Counted from the stretch's first letter, positions 8,968-19,287 are shown. The stretch: 64,000 nt of DNA from an uncultured Boseongicola sp. (GCA_964194555.1 CAXMMT010000031.1:1338-65337), one strand, 5' to 3'. A program made the numbers and translations. Notes: generated by a model not told the origin, from the sequence alone.

Positions 8968-9959
8968 TGGCCGAACCGATTGAGCGAAACCTCGGCCTCG
9001 ACCTAGTCAGGGTCACCGAGACCGCCGCCCTTGCCGCCGGACGATGGCTGGGCCGGGGGGACAAAGAGAAAGTGGACCAGGCGGCAGTCGACGGAATGCG
9101 TCTCCATCTGTCAACCATGGATATCGATGGCGAGGTCATCATCGGCGAGGGCGAGAAGGACGAAGCCCCCATGCTCTTCAACGGGGAGAAGGTCGGTTCG
9201 GGGTCCGGAATGATTGTCGATGTCGCCGTAGACCCCGTCGATGGCACAACTCTGACGGCCGAAGGACTCCCCGGCGCTATCGCAGTCATTGCTCTCTCCG
9301 AGGGACGCGGAACCATGTATGCCCCCGGTTCGCTCGTATACATGGACAAGATCGCAGTGGGGCCGGAGGCCGCCGGAGCGATCGACCTCGACGCTCCGCT
9401 CGAACACAACCTCCAACAGGTTTCCAGGGCAAACGGCAAAGACATGGCCGATCTCCGATGCCTCATCCTCGACCGCCCTCGCAACCAGGGTTATATCGAT
9501 GCGGCGCGCGCAGCCGGCGCCCGGATTTCAGTCATGCGCGACGGCGACGTTGCCGCGGCCATCGCCACTTCCCAAGACGACCATGAAGCCGACATTCTCG
9601 TCGGCATCGGCGGTTCCCCCGAGGCGGTGATTGCAGCTGCCGCGCTCCGGTGCACCGGTGGCGAGATTCAGTGCCGGCTATGGCCACGCGACCAGACGGA
9701 GCAGGATTACGCCATCGACAATGGGCTCGATCTGGATCAGGTGATGACGACAGATGATCTGGTCTCATCGGACAATGTTTTTTTCGCTGCGACCGGCGTC
9801 ACCGGCGGGGAGTTTCTCCGCCGGGTCAACTTCAAGGGCGAGGACAAGGCTGTTACCCATTCGGTGATCATGCGCTCCAAGACCGGGTCGATCCGCTACA
9901 TGGACGCCCATCACGATCTCGCCCGCCTTCGAGAAATCTCGAGTCTGACCATCGACTAG
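8964..9959 (+). CDS. glpX: class II fructose-1,6-bisphosphatase
   Basis: RNLGLDLVRVTETAALAAGRWLGRGDKEKVDQAAVDGMR and GEGEKDEAPMLFNGEKVG are GlpX signatures. The ATG at 8964 overlaps the thiolase stop (ATGA). Confidence 0.9.
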   Translation: MMAEPIERNLGLDLVRVTETAALAAGRWLGRGDKEKVDQAAVDGMRLHLSTMDIDGEVIIGEGEKDEAPMLFNGEKVGSGSGMIVDVAVDPVDGTTLTAEGLPGAIAVIALSEGRGTMYAPGSLVYMDKIAVGPEAAGAIDLDAPLEHNLQQVSRANGKDMADLRCLILDRPRNQGYIDAARAAGARISVMRDGDVAAAIATSQDDHEADILVGIGGSPEAVIAAAALRCTGGEIQCRLWPRDQTEQDYAIDNGLDLDQVMTTDDLVSSDNVFFAATGVTGGEFLRRVNFKGEDKAVTHSVIMRSKTGSIRYMDAHHDLARLREISSLTID

Positions 9960-9961
9960 GC

Positions 9962-10609
9962 CTATATGCGTGCCGCGATTTCCACGGCTTCAACGAGGGA
10001 GTGGGCCACCGGAGCGCCCATGACCTCCAAATGAGGGAGGTGATGACTCCCCCCGTCGTAGAGCACCACATGGGCTCCCACATGCCGAGCCGCCATGGCA
10101 TCGTCCGGGGTATCACCCACCACGACAGTTCTCGCCGGGTCGACGCCAAGAGCCTCGACATGTTCCGCCATGTGCTGCGCCTTGAGGCCACCCGTCTCCC
10201 CGCTCAACCCGTCAATCAGAGCGAATCGCCCTGCGATGCCGCGTGCCCCAACGATCCGCTCCAGCCAGCTTTGAGGTGACATCGAAAGAAGGGACTGTCC
10301 CCAACCTTTGTCTTCGACGGCAGACAAGGCTTCGAGAGTGTCGGGAGTCAGAGTGGCAGTGTCGGCTTGCGCGAAGTACTCGTCATGAAAGCGGTCGTTG
10401 AGACCCTCCCACTCGGCGTCGCTCACCGGTCGCCCGAACAATGAGTTGTAGAAGGCTCGAACTGGCCTGGTGAAGTGGTCGCGATAGCCGTTCTCATCGA
10501 TGGGTCCGACCCCAAACATGGCCATGGAGGCGTTGGCAGCCGAAATCACAACCGGGAGATCGTCGAGAAGAGTGCCGTTCCAATCCCAAATTATGTGCAC
10601 CGGGCCCAT
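9962..10609 (-). CDS. HAD-superfamily hydrolase (phosphatase)
   Basis: Motif I IIWDWNGTLLDD and a C-terminal VVVGDTPDD motif. Confidence 0.75.
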   Translation of the reverse strand: MGPVHIIWDWNGTLLDDLPVVISAANASMAMFGVGPIDENGYRDHFTRPVRAFYNSLFGRPVSDAEWEGLNDRFHDEYFAQADTATLTPDTLEALSAVEDKGWGQSLLSMSPQSWLERIVGARGIAGRFALIDGLSGETGGLKAQHMAEHVEALGVDPARTVVVGDTPDDAMAARHVGAHVVLYDGGSHHLPHLEVMGAPVAHSLVEAVEIAARI

Positions 10610-10720
10610 CAGCCCAGATTAACGGTGAAACGCGAGACTGGCGTTCGTGGCCGTGGTTAGGGTGCCGTCTAATCGAGGAGGTAGGTCACGACGGCGGAGG
10701 GCACACGCAGGGAAACAGGA

Positions 10721-11296
10721 TTGTTCTTTGGATTCTTTCTTGCCTACCAGCGCTGGGCCGACCGATTCGCCGAGTTCACCGGCAAGCTCGCGGCATGGAT
10801 AGTCCTCCCCACCGTGGCCATCGGCTTTGTCAACGTGGTGCTGCGCTACATAGGCCAGACCACCAGCACGAGGCTCACCACAAACACCATCATCGAGCTT
10901 CAGTGGTACATGTACTCGGGGATCTTTCTCTTGGGATTCCCCTACATCCTCAAGCACCAGATCAACGTTCGGGTCGACTTCTGGTTTGCCAATCAGGGGC
11001 CGAAACGCAAAGCGTGGATCGACTTTGCCGGACACTGGATCGGTCTCATCCCTTTCGCCCTGATCGGCATATTCGTTGCCTTCCCACAAGGGATCAAGTC
11101 TTGGTCAAGATGGGAACAATCCCCTGATGCCGACGGACTGCCTCGCGGCCCCATCAAGATGCTCTTGGCGATTTCCTTCCTGCTTCTACTGATCCAGGCG
11201 GTCGCCGAGCAGATCAAGCTCTATGCGGTGATCACCGACCGCGCGCACCTGGTAGCGCTCGAAGGTGCCCACGAACAGCCGGTCAAGATCGAATGA
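10721..11296 (+). CDS. TRAP transporter small permease (DctQ-type)
   Basis: 191 aa, 4 TM. ATGA-coupled to the large permease. Confidence 0.8.
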   Translation: MFFGFFLAYQRWADRFAEFTGKLAAWIVLPTVAIGFVNVVLRYIGQTTSTRLTTNTIIELQWYMYSGIFLLGFPYILKHQINVRVDFWFANQGPKRKAWIDFAGHWIGLIPFALIGIFVAFPQGIKSWSRWEQSPDADGLPRGPIKMLLAISFLLLLIQAVAEQIKLYAVITDRAHLVALEGAHEQPVKIE

Positions 11297-12678
11297 GTCT
11301 CGAGCTTCTCGCCATCATCATGTTCGCCATCTTCCTGGTGATCATTCTCAGCGGATACCCGGTCGCTTTCTCATTTGCCGGCACGGCAGTCGTCTTCTTC
11401 GTTCTTGGCGTGATCTTCGGCGATCTCTCGTTCAGACAACTCAACGTTCTGTTCACCCAATGGTTCGCCAACTCTGTTTCCAACTTCACCTTCCTGGCGA
11501 TTCCGTTCTTCGTGTTCATGGGGGCCGTCTTCGAGAAGTCCGGTTTGGCGGAACGGTTGCTGACCACCATCGGGTTCCGGATGGGACCTTTGGAGGGTGG
11601 GCTGGCAGTAGCCGTAGTGATCGTCGGCACTCTGCTCGCGGCCGCAACTGGTGTTGTCGCGGCCACAGTCATCGTGATGGGTCTTCTCTCCCTACCGGTG
11701 ATGATGAAGTACGGCTACGACCCAAAGCTGGCGTCGGGGGTGATCATCGGTTCGGGGACGCTCGCCCAGCTGATCCCACCCAGTCTGGTTCTGATCATTC
11801 TTGCCCAGTTCATCCCTGTTTCCGTGGGAGAACTGTTTGCCGGCGCGTTGATCCCGGGCCTCATGCTCGCCGGGATATTCGCCATCTACTCGGTGGTGAT
11901 CGCATACGCGAAACCGGGTACGGCGCCGGCCATCCCCAAGTCCGAGCGTGACATGCCGGCAAAAACACTGGCATTCCAGGCGCTGAAGGTCGTCGTCCCT
12001 CCAATGTTCCTGGTCTTCGCGGTGTTGGGGTCGATCTTCGCCGGCATCGCCACCGCGTCCGAGGCCGGTGCGGTGGGAGCGATGGGGGCAGTGCTCCTAT
12101 CGGTGTTCTACCGGACCTTCGCTTGGAAAACGCTGGTCGAAGCGGCTCGAGCCACCGCAAACATCACGGGTCTCGTTCTCCAGATCCTGTTCGCTTCCAC
12201 CTTCTTCGCCATGGTATTCAACCTCCTGAACGGTCAGGATCTCATCACCAACTGGCTGACGGCGATCCCGGGCGACAAATGGGGATTCATCATCGCAGCC
12301 AACATCATCGTGTTTCTGCTGGGAATCAATCTCGAGTTCTTGGAGATCTCCTTCATAGTTATGCCTCTCTTCGTTCCCGCGGCGATAGCCCTGGGCCTCA
12401 CCGGGCCGCTCATGGTGTGGTTCGCGGTGATGATGGCCATCAACCTCAACATCGCGTTCATCTCGCCACCGGTCGGATTCTCTCTCTTCTATCTCCAATC
12501 CGTTGCGCCGCCAGAGGTGACGACCGCCGACATCCATAAGGGAGCTTTGCCGTTTATGGCGCTACAGAGTTTCGGACTGGTCGTCGTGATGCTTGTGCCG
12601 GAAACGGTCACATGGCTGGTCAACAGGTTCTTCGGTGACGACAACGTCAGCGCCATGATTCAACTGATCGCGCTCTAA
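11293..12678 (+). CDS. TRAP transporter large permease (DctM-type)
   Basis: 461 aa polytopic protein with typical DctM length and hydrophobic pattern ([11 protein letters not shown]...[12 protein letters not shown]). Confidence 0.9.
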   Translation: MSLELLAIIMFAIFLVIILSGYPVAFSFAGTAVVFFVLGVIFGDLSFRQLNVLFTQWFANSVSNFTFLAIPFFVFMGAVFEKSGLAERLLTTIGFRMGPLEGGLAVAVVIVGTLLAAATGVVAATVIVMGLLSLPVMMKYGYDPKLASGVIIGSGTLAQLIPPSLVLIILAQFIPVSVGELFAGALIPGLMLAGIFAIYSVVIAYAKPGTAPAIPKSERDMPAKTLAFQALKVVVPPMFLVFAVLGSIFAGIATASEAGAVGAMGAVLLSVFYRTFAWKTLVEAARATANITGLVLQILFASTFFAMVFNLLNGQDLITNWLTAIPGDKWGFIIAANIIVFLLGINLEFLEISFIVMPLFVPAAIALGLTGPLMVWFAVMMAINLNIAFISPPVGFSLFYLQSVAPPEVTTADIHKGALPFMALQSFGLVVVMLVPETVTWLVNRFFGDDNVSAMIQLIAL

Positions 12679-12681
12679 CTA

Positions 12682-12711
12682 GAAAGGACCCTGCCGAGGC
12701 GGGGCCCTTTC
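12682..12711. terminator. imperfect hairpin between convergent dctM and the TRAP binding protein
   Basis: GAAAGGACCC-tgccgaggc-GGGGCCCTTTC. The flanks are A-rich on one side and T-rich on the other, consistent with bidirectional function. Confidence 0.4.
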
Positions 12712-12731
12712 GATTGTTGTCGGCTTGGTTC

Positions 12732-13877
12732 TCAGGCCCTGCCCACGTACTCGAGATACGAGGCCTCAGCGAGACCGTGCCACCCTTGGATACTCGTCCG
12801 GAACTTCTTCCACTCTTCGAATATCGAGGCAAAGTCGGCACTGGCGGCGGCACTCTCATCGAAGATCTCGAAAGATGCCTCCTCGGCCGCCTGCATCACG
12901 TCATCAGGGAACGGCAGGAGGGTTATATCGGGATTGTTGATGATTTCGTCTTCGAGCGCCACAGGGTTTCTGACGTCATAGAGGGCCATCATCGTGCTGT
13001 TGGCCTCATAGGCGGCCGTCTTGACAATCTCCTGATAGATCTCGGGCAATGCGTTCCACTTCGGCAACGGGATCTGCACCTCGAGCGACGGTCCTGGCTC
13101 CCACCAACCCGGGTAGTAGTAGAACTGGGTCACCTCATGGAAGCCCATCACGGTGTCGTCATAAGGCCCAACCCACTCGGTGGCATCTATGGCACCGGTC
13201 TGCAGTGCCTGGAAGATCTCACCGCCAGGCAGCACCTGAACGGTGACACCGAGCTTGGACATCACCTGGCTGCCGAGGCCGGGGATCCGCATGACAAGCC
13301 CCTCGAGGTCTGCGGTCGACGTGATCTCCTTGTTGAACCAGCCACCCATCTGAGCCCCGGTGTTCCCCGCGGGGAACTGGATGGCGTTGAACTTGTCCGC
13401 GTAGAAGTCTTGAAGCATCTCAAGACCGCCGCCTTCATACAGCCAGGCGTTCTGTTGTCGGGCAGTAAGACCAAATGGCAAGGCGGTGCCAAACGCCGTC
13501 GCCGGATCCAGACCCGTGTAGTAATACGAAGCGGTGTGCCCGGAGTCGATGCTGTCGGTCTCGATGTTCTGAAGAATTTCCAGCCCCGGCACCACTTCGC
13601 CAGACGGCTGGGCGGTGATCATGAATTTGCCACCGGTCATTGCAGCGACGCGATCTGCAAACCTCTCGGCTCCACCAAAGATGGTATCGAGAATTGGTGG
13701 CCAACTGGTTGCCAAAGCCCACTCGAGCTCTGGCAGACTGTCGTCGCCCGCTGCCTCGTCGAGATCGGCGTCCCCACTGCTACAGGCAGCAAGAGCAGCA
13801 GCGCCAAGTGCTCCCATCGATGCCATCTTGAGGAACTGTCGGCGCTCCATCAGTTTGGTGTGTTGCAGCTTGTTCAT
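12732..13877 (-). CDS. TRAP transporter substrate-binding protein (DctP-type) with Tat/lipoprotein signal
   Basis: MNKLQHTKLMERRQFLKMASMGALGAAALAACSSG is a twin-arginine signal with a lipobox. The mature part has the DctP-like pattern (SWPP...DSGHTASYYY...AGNTGAQMGGWF). Start set at the ATG at 13877, which follows a GGAG-type RBS; the track start at 14000 would overlap recR. Confidence 0.85.
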   Translation of the reverse strand: MNKLQHTKLMERRQFLKMASMGALGAAALAACSSGDADLDEAAGDDSLPELEWALATSWPPILDTIFGGAERFADRVAAMTGGKFMITAQPSGEVVPGLEILQNIETDSIDSGHTASYYYTGLDPATAFGTALPFGLTARQQNAWLYEGGGLEMLQDFYADKFNAIQFPAGNTGAQMGGWFNKEITSTADLEGLVMRIPGLGSQVMSKLGVTVQVLPGGEIFQALQTGAIDATEWVGPYDDTVMGFHEVTQFYYYPGWWEPGPSLEVQIPLPKWNALPEIYQEIVKTAAYEANSTMMALYDVRNPVALEDEIINNPDITLLPFPDDVMQAAEEASFEIFDESAAASADFASIFEEWKKFRTSIQGWHGLAEASYLEYVGRA

Positions 13878-13980
13878 ACTTCTCCTCTGTCCGGTGGTGA
13901 TCCACTCTCCCCATTGGGGTTGACGCAGGCTACGCAGACACGGAGGCTGATGTCGGACTGCAGGGAATATTTCTTGGCTC

Positions 13981-14574
13981 TTAGAGTTCGGAGCGGCCAA
14001 TCAGAGCGCGGCCGAGTGTTATCTCGTCGGCGTAGTCGAGGTCTCCGCCAACAGGCAGACCTGAAGCCAGCCGAGTGACTTTCACCCCATGGGTTTTGAA
14101 CTCCCGGGCGATGTACATCGCCGTAGCGTCACCCTCAATGGTCGGGTTGGTCGCCACGATCACCTCTTCGATCCCCTCGGGCTCGAGTCGAGTCATCAGT
14201 TCGTCAAATCGAAGTTGCCCTGGCCCAATGCCATTGATCGGTGAAAGGGAGCCGCCCAGGACGTGATAACTACCTTGATACTCCTGGGTGCGCTCCAATA
14301 CAATGATGTCCTGGGGCCGCTCGACAACACACACGATGCTGAAATCACGCCGCTGGTCGCGACAGATCGAGCAGAACTCCCCCGCCGCAACGTTGTAGCA
14401 CCGAGCGCAAGTCTTGATCTGGTCACGCATGTCGGTGATGGCAGTAGCGAGGCGAGTCGCATCGGCCTCCTCAACGGAAAGCAGATGGAAGGCAAGGCGT
14501 TGCGCCGACTTGGCCCCGATTCCGGGGAGACGGCTCAGCTCATCGATGAGACGCTGGACTGGTCCTTCAAACAT
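13981..14574 (-). CDS. recR: recombination protein RecR
   Basis: MFEGPVQRLIDELSRLPGIGAKSAQRLAFHLL (HhH), a Cys4 zinc motif CxxC...CxxC and a Toprim-like C-terminus. The ATG at 14574 overlaps the ybaB stop. Confidence 0.95.
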   Translation of the reverse strand: MFEGPVQRLIDELSRLPGIGAKSAQRLAFHLLSVEEADATRLATAITDMRDQIKTCARCYNVAAGEFCSICRDQRRDFSIVCVVERPQDIIVLERTQEYQGSYHVLGGSLSPINGIGPGQLRFDELMTRLEPEGIEEVIVATNPTIEGDATAMYIAREFKTHGVKVTRLASGLPVGGDLDYADEITLGRALIGRSEL

Positions 14575-14897
14575 CAACCAAGCAGACCACCGAGATCAAG
14601 ACCGCCTGCCAAGCCACCTAGCTGACTACTGGCGGCCTCGACGGCAGCCTCCATCGCCTGTCGCACCGCGGCGACAACGAGATCCTCGAGCATCTCGACA
14701 TCGTCGGCGTCCACGACCTCGGGAGAGATCTTGATCTCGACCAACTCGGGGCCGCCGGTTACGACGGCGGTGACCATCCCTCCGCCGGCAGAACCTTCGA
14801 AGCGGCGCTCGGCCAACTCTGCTTGAGCCTTGGCCAACTGCTCTTGCATCTGTTGCGCCTGTTGCATTATCTGACGCATGTCGGGCTGTTGATTCAT
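14574..14897 (-). CDS. ybaB: YbaB/EbfC nucleoid-associated protein
   Basis: MNQQPDMRQIMQQAQQMQEQLAKAQAELA...GGGMVTAVVTG...V.I.I.PEVVD.DDVEMLEDLV. Conserved dnaX-ybaB-recR order. Confidence 0.9.
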   Translation of the reverse strand: MNQQPDMRQIMQQAQQMQEQLAKAQAELAERRFEGSAGGGMVTAVVTGGPELVEIKISPEVVDADDVEMLEDLVVAAVRQAMEAAVEAASSQLGGLAGGLDLGGLLG

Positions 14898-14937
14898 AAT
14901 CAGCAGAGTACTCCCGGCCGGTGACATGTCTCGCTGC

Positions 14938-16671
14938 CTACTCGTCAACGACCTCAGCGCCTAGTTCAGCAGCCAGAAGGGCCGTGGGGTCGGTCTCGAC
15001 AGCCGGGCGCTCCTCGAGCTGGCTCATGTCGATACTGGTTTCGCTGTCAACACCGGCAGGCTGACCTGTCTTCGACCTGAACCTGACCCGGACGGGCGAT
15101 CCGAAAAGGTCGCTCGCCTTGGTAGCCACGATCTTGGAGACCGCATCGTCCTGCTCCAGGGCCGATAGGTGGAAATCGTGGGCAACCTCGAGCACGATGA
15201 TGTTGCCCTCAACACCGGCGGGAACAGCCTCCCGGAAGAAGGCCCAGCGTCTTGCTCCGAGGACATCGCGAAGACCCCCAAACAACCCGGGCCATATTTT
15301 CTGGAGTTGCTCGAATGTTATGTCGATGCCGGGTGCTTCTGGCTCGTCGACCGGCCCGTCATTGGAAACCAATGGGGCCGCCGCTTCAGCGAGTTCCTCT
15401 TTGGCCCCGATCTTCTCCTTCGCAGAGCTGGAGGCTGGCTTCTCGACTGATGCGGGGACAGGCTTGGGAAGCTCAGCCGGAGTGGAAGCCCGGCCAGACG
15501 TGGGCACTTCGGCCGGTTTCCCCATCCGTCTCTCCAGCCGGTCCATCCTGGCGATGAGAGATTCGGGGTCGCTGGCGGTTTCGGGACGAGTCAGCTTGAT
15601 CAGGGCCAATTCCGTCATGAGCCGCTCCTCCCGCCCTTCACGGATTCTCACCAGAGCCTCGCCGAGAAGATCAACACCTCTTAGAACATCGCCTGCGGGT
15701 ATCAGCTCCGCCGCCTTCTTCCACGACTCATAGACCTCGGGAGGCTCGTCGGATATCTCGGCGAGATTCGGCGCATAGTGGGCAAGGAAGACCCCTCTGA
15801 AGAAACCAACACACTCGGCAACGAAACGCCGCAGATCCACACCATCGGCAGAAAGCTCGGCAACCAACTCCAGCGCAGCTTTGGCATCGCGACCGGCGAC
15901 TGCATCGGCGAGACGCAGGAACACGTCCGAATCAGCCAGGCCGAGGGCCCTGCGAACCCCTGCCATATCGACCGTCCCCGCACCGAGGGCGGATACCTGT
16001 TCGAGAAGAGAAAGGGAGTCCCGGACCGACCCCTTTGCATGTCTGGCCATGCCAACGAGGGCAGGCGGGTCGGTCTGGTAGCCCTCGCGGTCGGCGATGG
16101 CTGAGAGATATCCGGCAAGCTCCTCGACCGGGATCGGATGGAAGTCAAATCGCTGGGTGCGGGACCGGATGGTGTCGAGCAGCTTGTAGGGCTCGGTCGT
16201 GGCCAGAACGAAGTGGACGTGGTCCGGCGGCTCCTCCAGAGTCTTGAGGAGGGCGTTCCCCGCAGCCTTGGAGAGCATGTGGGCCTCATCAAGGATGAAC
16301 ACGCGCTTCGAGGTTGCTGCCGAGGCAACAGTGGCAACACTCACCTTGATATCGCGAATGTCGTCGACTGAGTTGTGAGAGGCTGCGTCAAGCTCGAGAA
16401 CGTCGAGGGAGGTCCCCTGGGTTATTGCTTCGCAACTCCCGCATTCGTTGCACGGAGACCCGTCGGCATGTCTGTTTTCACAGTTGAGGGCCTTGGCCAG
16501 AATCCGCGCCGTTGAAGTCTTCCCGGTGCCGCGTGGTCCGGTGAATAGATAGGCGTGGGCAACACGCCCATCTGCTATCTCACGCGTCAGAGTTGTGGTG
16601 ATGTGGGCCTGGCCGATGACGTCGTCAAAGGTCTGTGGCCGATACTTGCGGTAGAGAGCCTGGTACTCCAA
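14938..16671 (-). CDS. dnaX: DNA polymerase III subunit gamma/tau
   Basis: YRPQTFDDVIGQ.H, Walker A GPRGTGKTS, a zinc module C..C..C..C and Walker B FILDEAHML. Confidence 0.9.
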   Translation of the reverse strand: MEYQALYRKYRPQTFDDVIGQAHITTTLTREIADGRVAHAYLFTGPRGTGKTSTARILAKALNCENRHADGSPCNECGSCEAITQGTSLDVLELDAASHNSVDDIRDIKVSVATVASAATSKRVFILDEAHMLSKAAGNALLKTLEEPPDHVHFVLATTEPYKLLDTIRSRTQRFDFHPIPVEELAGYLSAIADREGYQTDPPALVGMARHAKGSVRDSLSLLEQVSALGAGTVDMAGVRRALGLADSDVFLRLADAVAGRDAKAALELVAELSADGVDLRRFVAECVGFFRGVFLAHYAPNLAEISDEPPEVYESWKKAAELIPAGDVLRGVDLLGEALVRIREGREERLMTELALIKLTRPETASDPESLIARMDRLERRMGKPAEVPTSGRASTPAELPKPVPASVEKPASSSAKEKIGAKEELAEAAAPLVSNDGPVDEPEAPGIDITFEQLQKIWPGLFGGLRDVLGARRWAFFREAVPAGVEGNIIVLEVAHDFHLSALEQDDAVSKIVATKASDLFGSPVRVRFRSKTGQPAGVDSETSIDMSQLEERPAVETDPTALLAAELGAEVVDE

Positions 16672-16725
16672 GACATCGCCACCGTACAGCCCTGGAGGGA
16701 CCGATTCACACCCGCATCCGTTTTT

Positions 16726-16762
16726 TGAAGATCTACGCGGGCTATACCCGCGTAGATCTTCA
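16726..16762. promoter_or_regulatory. 37-nt perfect palindrome (16-bp arms, 5-nt centre) in the dnaX / ABC-transporter divergent region
   Basis: TGAAGATCTACGCGGG-ctata-CCCGCGTAGATCTTCA. A T6 run lies on the 5' side on the plus strand, so it is not a canonical terminator in either direction. Confidence 0.6.
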
Positions 16763-16805
16763 CAAACGATTCACTTACTGGCGGTTTCCGTCGATACTTC
16801 CACCC

Positions 16806-17612
16806 GTGACCCAGCCACTCATCGAAGACACCTCCGTCGAGCACATCCAATCTCCACCTGCAGTCTGGGCTCGCGGTCTGGTTAGGAAGTTTGGAAAAAC
16901 GGTCGCTGTCGACAACGTCAACCTCTCCATCCAGCGCGGGGAGTTCTACGGTCTGCTCGGCCAAAATGGCGCCGGAAAGACGACAACCATCAAGGTCATA
17001 GTTGGCCTCCTACGCCCCAATGCCGGGACGGTTGGGGTCGGTGAGTTCGACACCTGGAAGAACCCGATCGAGGTCAAGTCGAGAATCGGGGTGCTTCCCG
17101 AGGAGTTCAATCTCTACGAGCGTTTGACCGGGGCCGAGCTTCTCGACTTCACAGCTGCCATGCACGGTTTGACTAAAGAGGAGGCAAGGAGCCGAAGAAC
17201 CGAACTCCTCTCGTTGCTCGACCTCACGTCGGCGGGCTCGAAGCTCATCGGCGATTACTCGAGAGGCATGAGAAAGAAGGTCGCCCTCGGGGCGGCCATA
17301 ATCCATCGACCTCCCGTCCTGTTCCTCGACGAGCCTTTCGAGGGTGTCGACGCTGTCTCAGCCAGACTGATTCGCAACCTGCTGCGGCAGGCCGCCGCGG
17401 GTGGCACAACAATCATCTTCTCCTCCCACGAGATGCATCTGGTCGAAAAACTGTGCACCCGAATAGGGATCATGATCGAGGGCCGGCTCACAATTGAGGA
17501 GACTCCCGAGGGTCTCTGCCGGATCACCGGCAAGGACAACATCGAGGATGCCTTCATCGCGGCGGTCGGCGGCGACGAAACGAATGACTCCACGTGGTAC
17601 GCCAGCTCGTAG
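16806..17612 (+). CDS. ABC transporter ATP-binding protein
   Basis: Walker A GQNGAGKTT, signature YSRGMRKK and Walker B LFLDEP. Start placed at the GTG at 16806; the track start at 16635 lies inside dnaX, so that extension would overlap the dnaX 5' end and read through the palindrome. Confidence 0.85.
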   Translation: MTQPLIEDTSVEHIQSPPAVWARGLVRKFGKTVAVDNVNLSIQRGEFYGLLGQNGAGKTTTIKVIVGLLRPNAGTVGVGEFDTWKNPIEVKSRIGVLPEEFNLYERLTGAELLDFTAAMHGLTKEEARSRRTELLSLLDLTSAGSKLIGDYSRGMRKKVALGAAIIHRPPVLFLDEPFEGVDAVSARLIRNLLRQAAAGGTTIIFSSHEMHLVEKLCTRIGIMIEGRLTIEETPEGLCRITGKDNIEDAFIAAVGGDETNDSTWYASS

Positions 17613-19198
17613 AACTGAAGGCGCGCCTCACCTGGAATGGGGTCCGCCACGATGTTCAGCGACGCTTCGGTTTTCCAATCGCAACCATCCTTCTCGGATG
17701 GCTGTCGTTCTGGCTGGCAGGACTTCACATCGATGCTGCCCACAGTCTCGCCTCCACCAACCTTGCTGCGCTCAATCAGTATCTGGGGTGGGCGGCCCTC
17801 TTCTTCTTTCTGGCCTGGGTCACGTTGCCGGTGATCATCTTTCCTCTCGACGAGAACCTCGACCCCCAGCAGTTGGCCGTGTTGCCCATAGGCGGGACAC
17901 AGATGGTCAAAGGCTTGACAGCCGCCTCGCTGGTCGCACCGGCCACCATCGTCCCTGTTGTCCTACTTACTGCAAACGGCACAACCCAACCTGGTGGATG
18001 GTGGATGGCCGTCCCTGCGTCTCTCGTCTTCCTCGGGCTGCTTTCGGTCGGCTCTCAGCTGTTCTCGGCGACCATCTCTGCAATCCTTCGAACCCGCAGA
18101 GGACGCGACATCGCCACGTTTCTGGTGCTGGGTCTCGCCGCGGTTTCCTTCATCCTTTATAGGGCAGTCTCGACGAATATTCGAGACCTGGGACTCGAAG
18201 AGGCGGCTGTCGGGCACCCGATTCTCGATTGGGCCTTGCTACTCCCGCCTGTTGCGGCCCAGCGCGCCATAACCGAGGCAGCACTGGGAAATCCGCTTCT
18301 CGCGACAACCTTTCTGGCGGCCGCCCTGGCCGGGCTTCTCCTCCTGGCCGTGGCCTGGCGACGGCTTCTCGGATGGATGTTGACCACGCCGCTGGAGGGG
18401 AGCAAGCCAGCAGCCCGGTCCCGGCGCCGGGGAATGGCAAGCGGGGCGTGGGGGGTAATCCCGACAATGGCCCGCAAGGAACTCCGCTTCTACGTCCGGG
18501 ATCCTCGTCAGAGGCTGGTCTGGACTGGAACAGTCATCTTCGTTGGCATCGCCGTGGCCGGAACTGTCATGGGCGCAACCGGTTTGTTCGACCTCCGGGA
18601 CAACGAATGGGCACCTCTGGTCGCTCCGATTCTGGTGCTCTTTGTCGGGCTCCCTATTGCACTCAACCTCTTCGGATGGGAGCGAAACGCCGCCAGCTAT
18701 CTGTTTGTCCTGCCGGTGAAACCCCGCCAACTCCTTCTGGGAAAGAACGTCGCAGTGGCCATGGGCCTGACCGTCGAAACAATCATCCTCGCCGCCGGAC
18801 TGGCCTGGTTCACCGGATTCTGGCAATGGACCTGGATGGTCTTGCCATTGACAGTGGCCGCCATCGGATGCCAGATGTCGGTTGGCAACATGGTGTCCGT
18901 TCTCACCCCTCTCCGTCTCCCCCGCGAAGGGACCGACATCTTCGCTCAGTCGACCGAACAGGGCTGTCTCGCAATCGTGAGTCAGGTAGCGTCGTTCTTT
19001 GCCATCGGCATGCTTCTCGTCCCACCCGCCTCGGTTGTGGTTCTTGCGGTCGACTTCGGTCAGGCCATATCCCCCTGGTTCGCCTCCCTCTTCGCCATTG
19101 GCTACGGCATCATCCTCTACTCGCTCTCCCTTCTTGTCTCCTCGCGCATACTCAGGCGACGGCTGCCCGAAGTGATGGCCTGGGTTCAGGTTGTCTGA
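17594..19198 (+). CDS. polytopic membrane protein, putative ABC exporter permease partner
   Basis: 534 aa with more than 10 predicted TM helices. Overlaps the upstream ABC ATPase by 19 nt. Confidence 0.6.
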   Translation: MVRQLVELKARLTWNGVRHDVQRRFGFPIATILLGWLSFWLAGLHIDAAHSLASTNLAALNQYLGWAALFFFLAWVTLPVIIFPLDENLDPQQLAVLPIGGTQMVKGLTAASLVAPATIVPVVLLTANGTTQPGGWWMAVPASLVFLGLLSVGSQLFSATISAILRTRRGRDIATFLVLGLAAVSFILYRAVSTNIRDLGLEEAAVGHPILDWALLLPPVAAQRAITEAALGNPLLATTFLAAALAGLLLLAVAWRRLLGWMLTTPLEGSKPAARSRRRGMASGAWGVIPTMARKELRFYVRDPRQRLVWTGTVIFVGIAVAGTVMGATGLFDLRDNEWAPLVAPILVLFVGLPIALNLFGWERNAASYLFVLPVKPRQLLLGKNVAVAMGLTVETIILAAGLAWFTGFWQWTWMVLPLTVAAIGCQMSVGNMVSVLTPLRLPREGTDIFAQSTEQGCLAIVSQVASFFAIGMLLVPPASVVVLAVDFGQAISPWFASLFAIGYGIILYSLSLLVSSRILRRRLPEVMAWVQVV

Positions 19199-19207
19199 CC
19201 GCGCAGG

Positions 19208-19236
19208 AAACAGCGTCGTGGGCAAGCTGTTTTTTC
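19208..19236 (+). terminator. rho-independent terminator candidate
   Basis: AAACAGC-gtcgtgggcaa-GCTGTTT followed by TTTTC, 10 nt after the permease stop. Confidence 0.5.
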
Positions 19237-19287
19237 GATTTCCCGAATCCTTAAACCGATAGGACACCACTAGCCTGCCGCGCGCCC

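Noticed and set aside
12714-14078. 454-aa plus-strand ORF covering the whole TRAP binding-protein gene
   Set aside because: It is antisense to a gene with clear family signatures (Tat signal, lipobox, DctP-like core). Its own translation is Arg/Gly/Leu-rich with no motifs. This is a typical high-GC shadow ORF.
14938-16671. Programmed -1 frameshift site in dnaX (gamma/tau)
   Set aside because: No A-AAA-AAG-type slippery heptamer was seen on the coding strand.
16672-16805. SRP (4.5S/7SL) RNA gene expected upstream of dnaX
   Set aside because: I could not find the conserved domain IV sequence (GGTCAGGTCCGGAAGGAAGCAGCC-like) or an appropriate long helix on either strand. Only the short perfect palindrome is present. 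An Rfam scan would be decisive.
18229-19270. Two ORFs of about 340 aa (plus frame 18229..19254 and minus 18239..19270) inside the ABC permease gene
   Set aside because: Both are Arg/Pro/Gly-rich with no TM helices or other motifs. The annotated frame gives a coherent polytopic membrane protein coupled to the ATPase.
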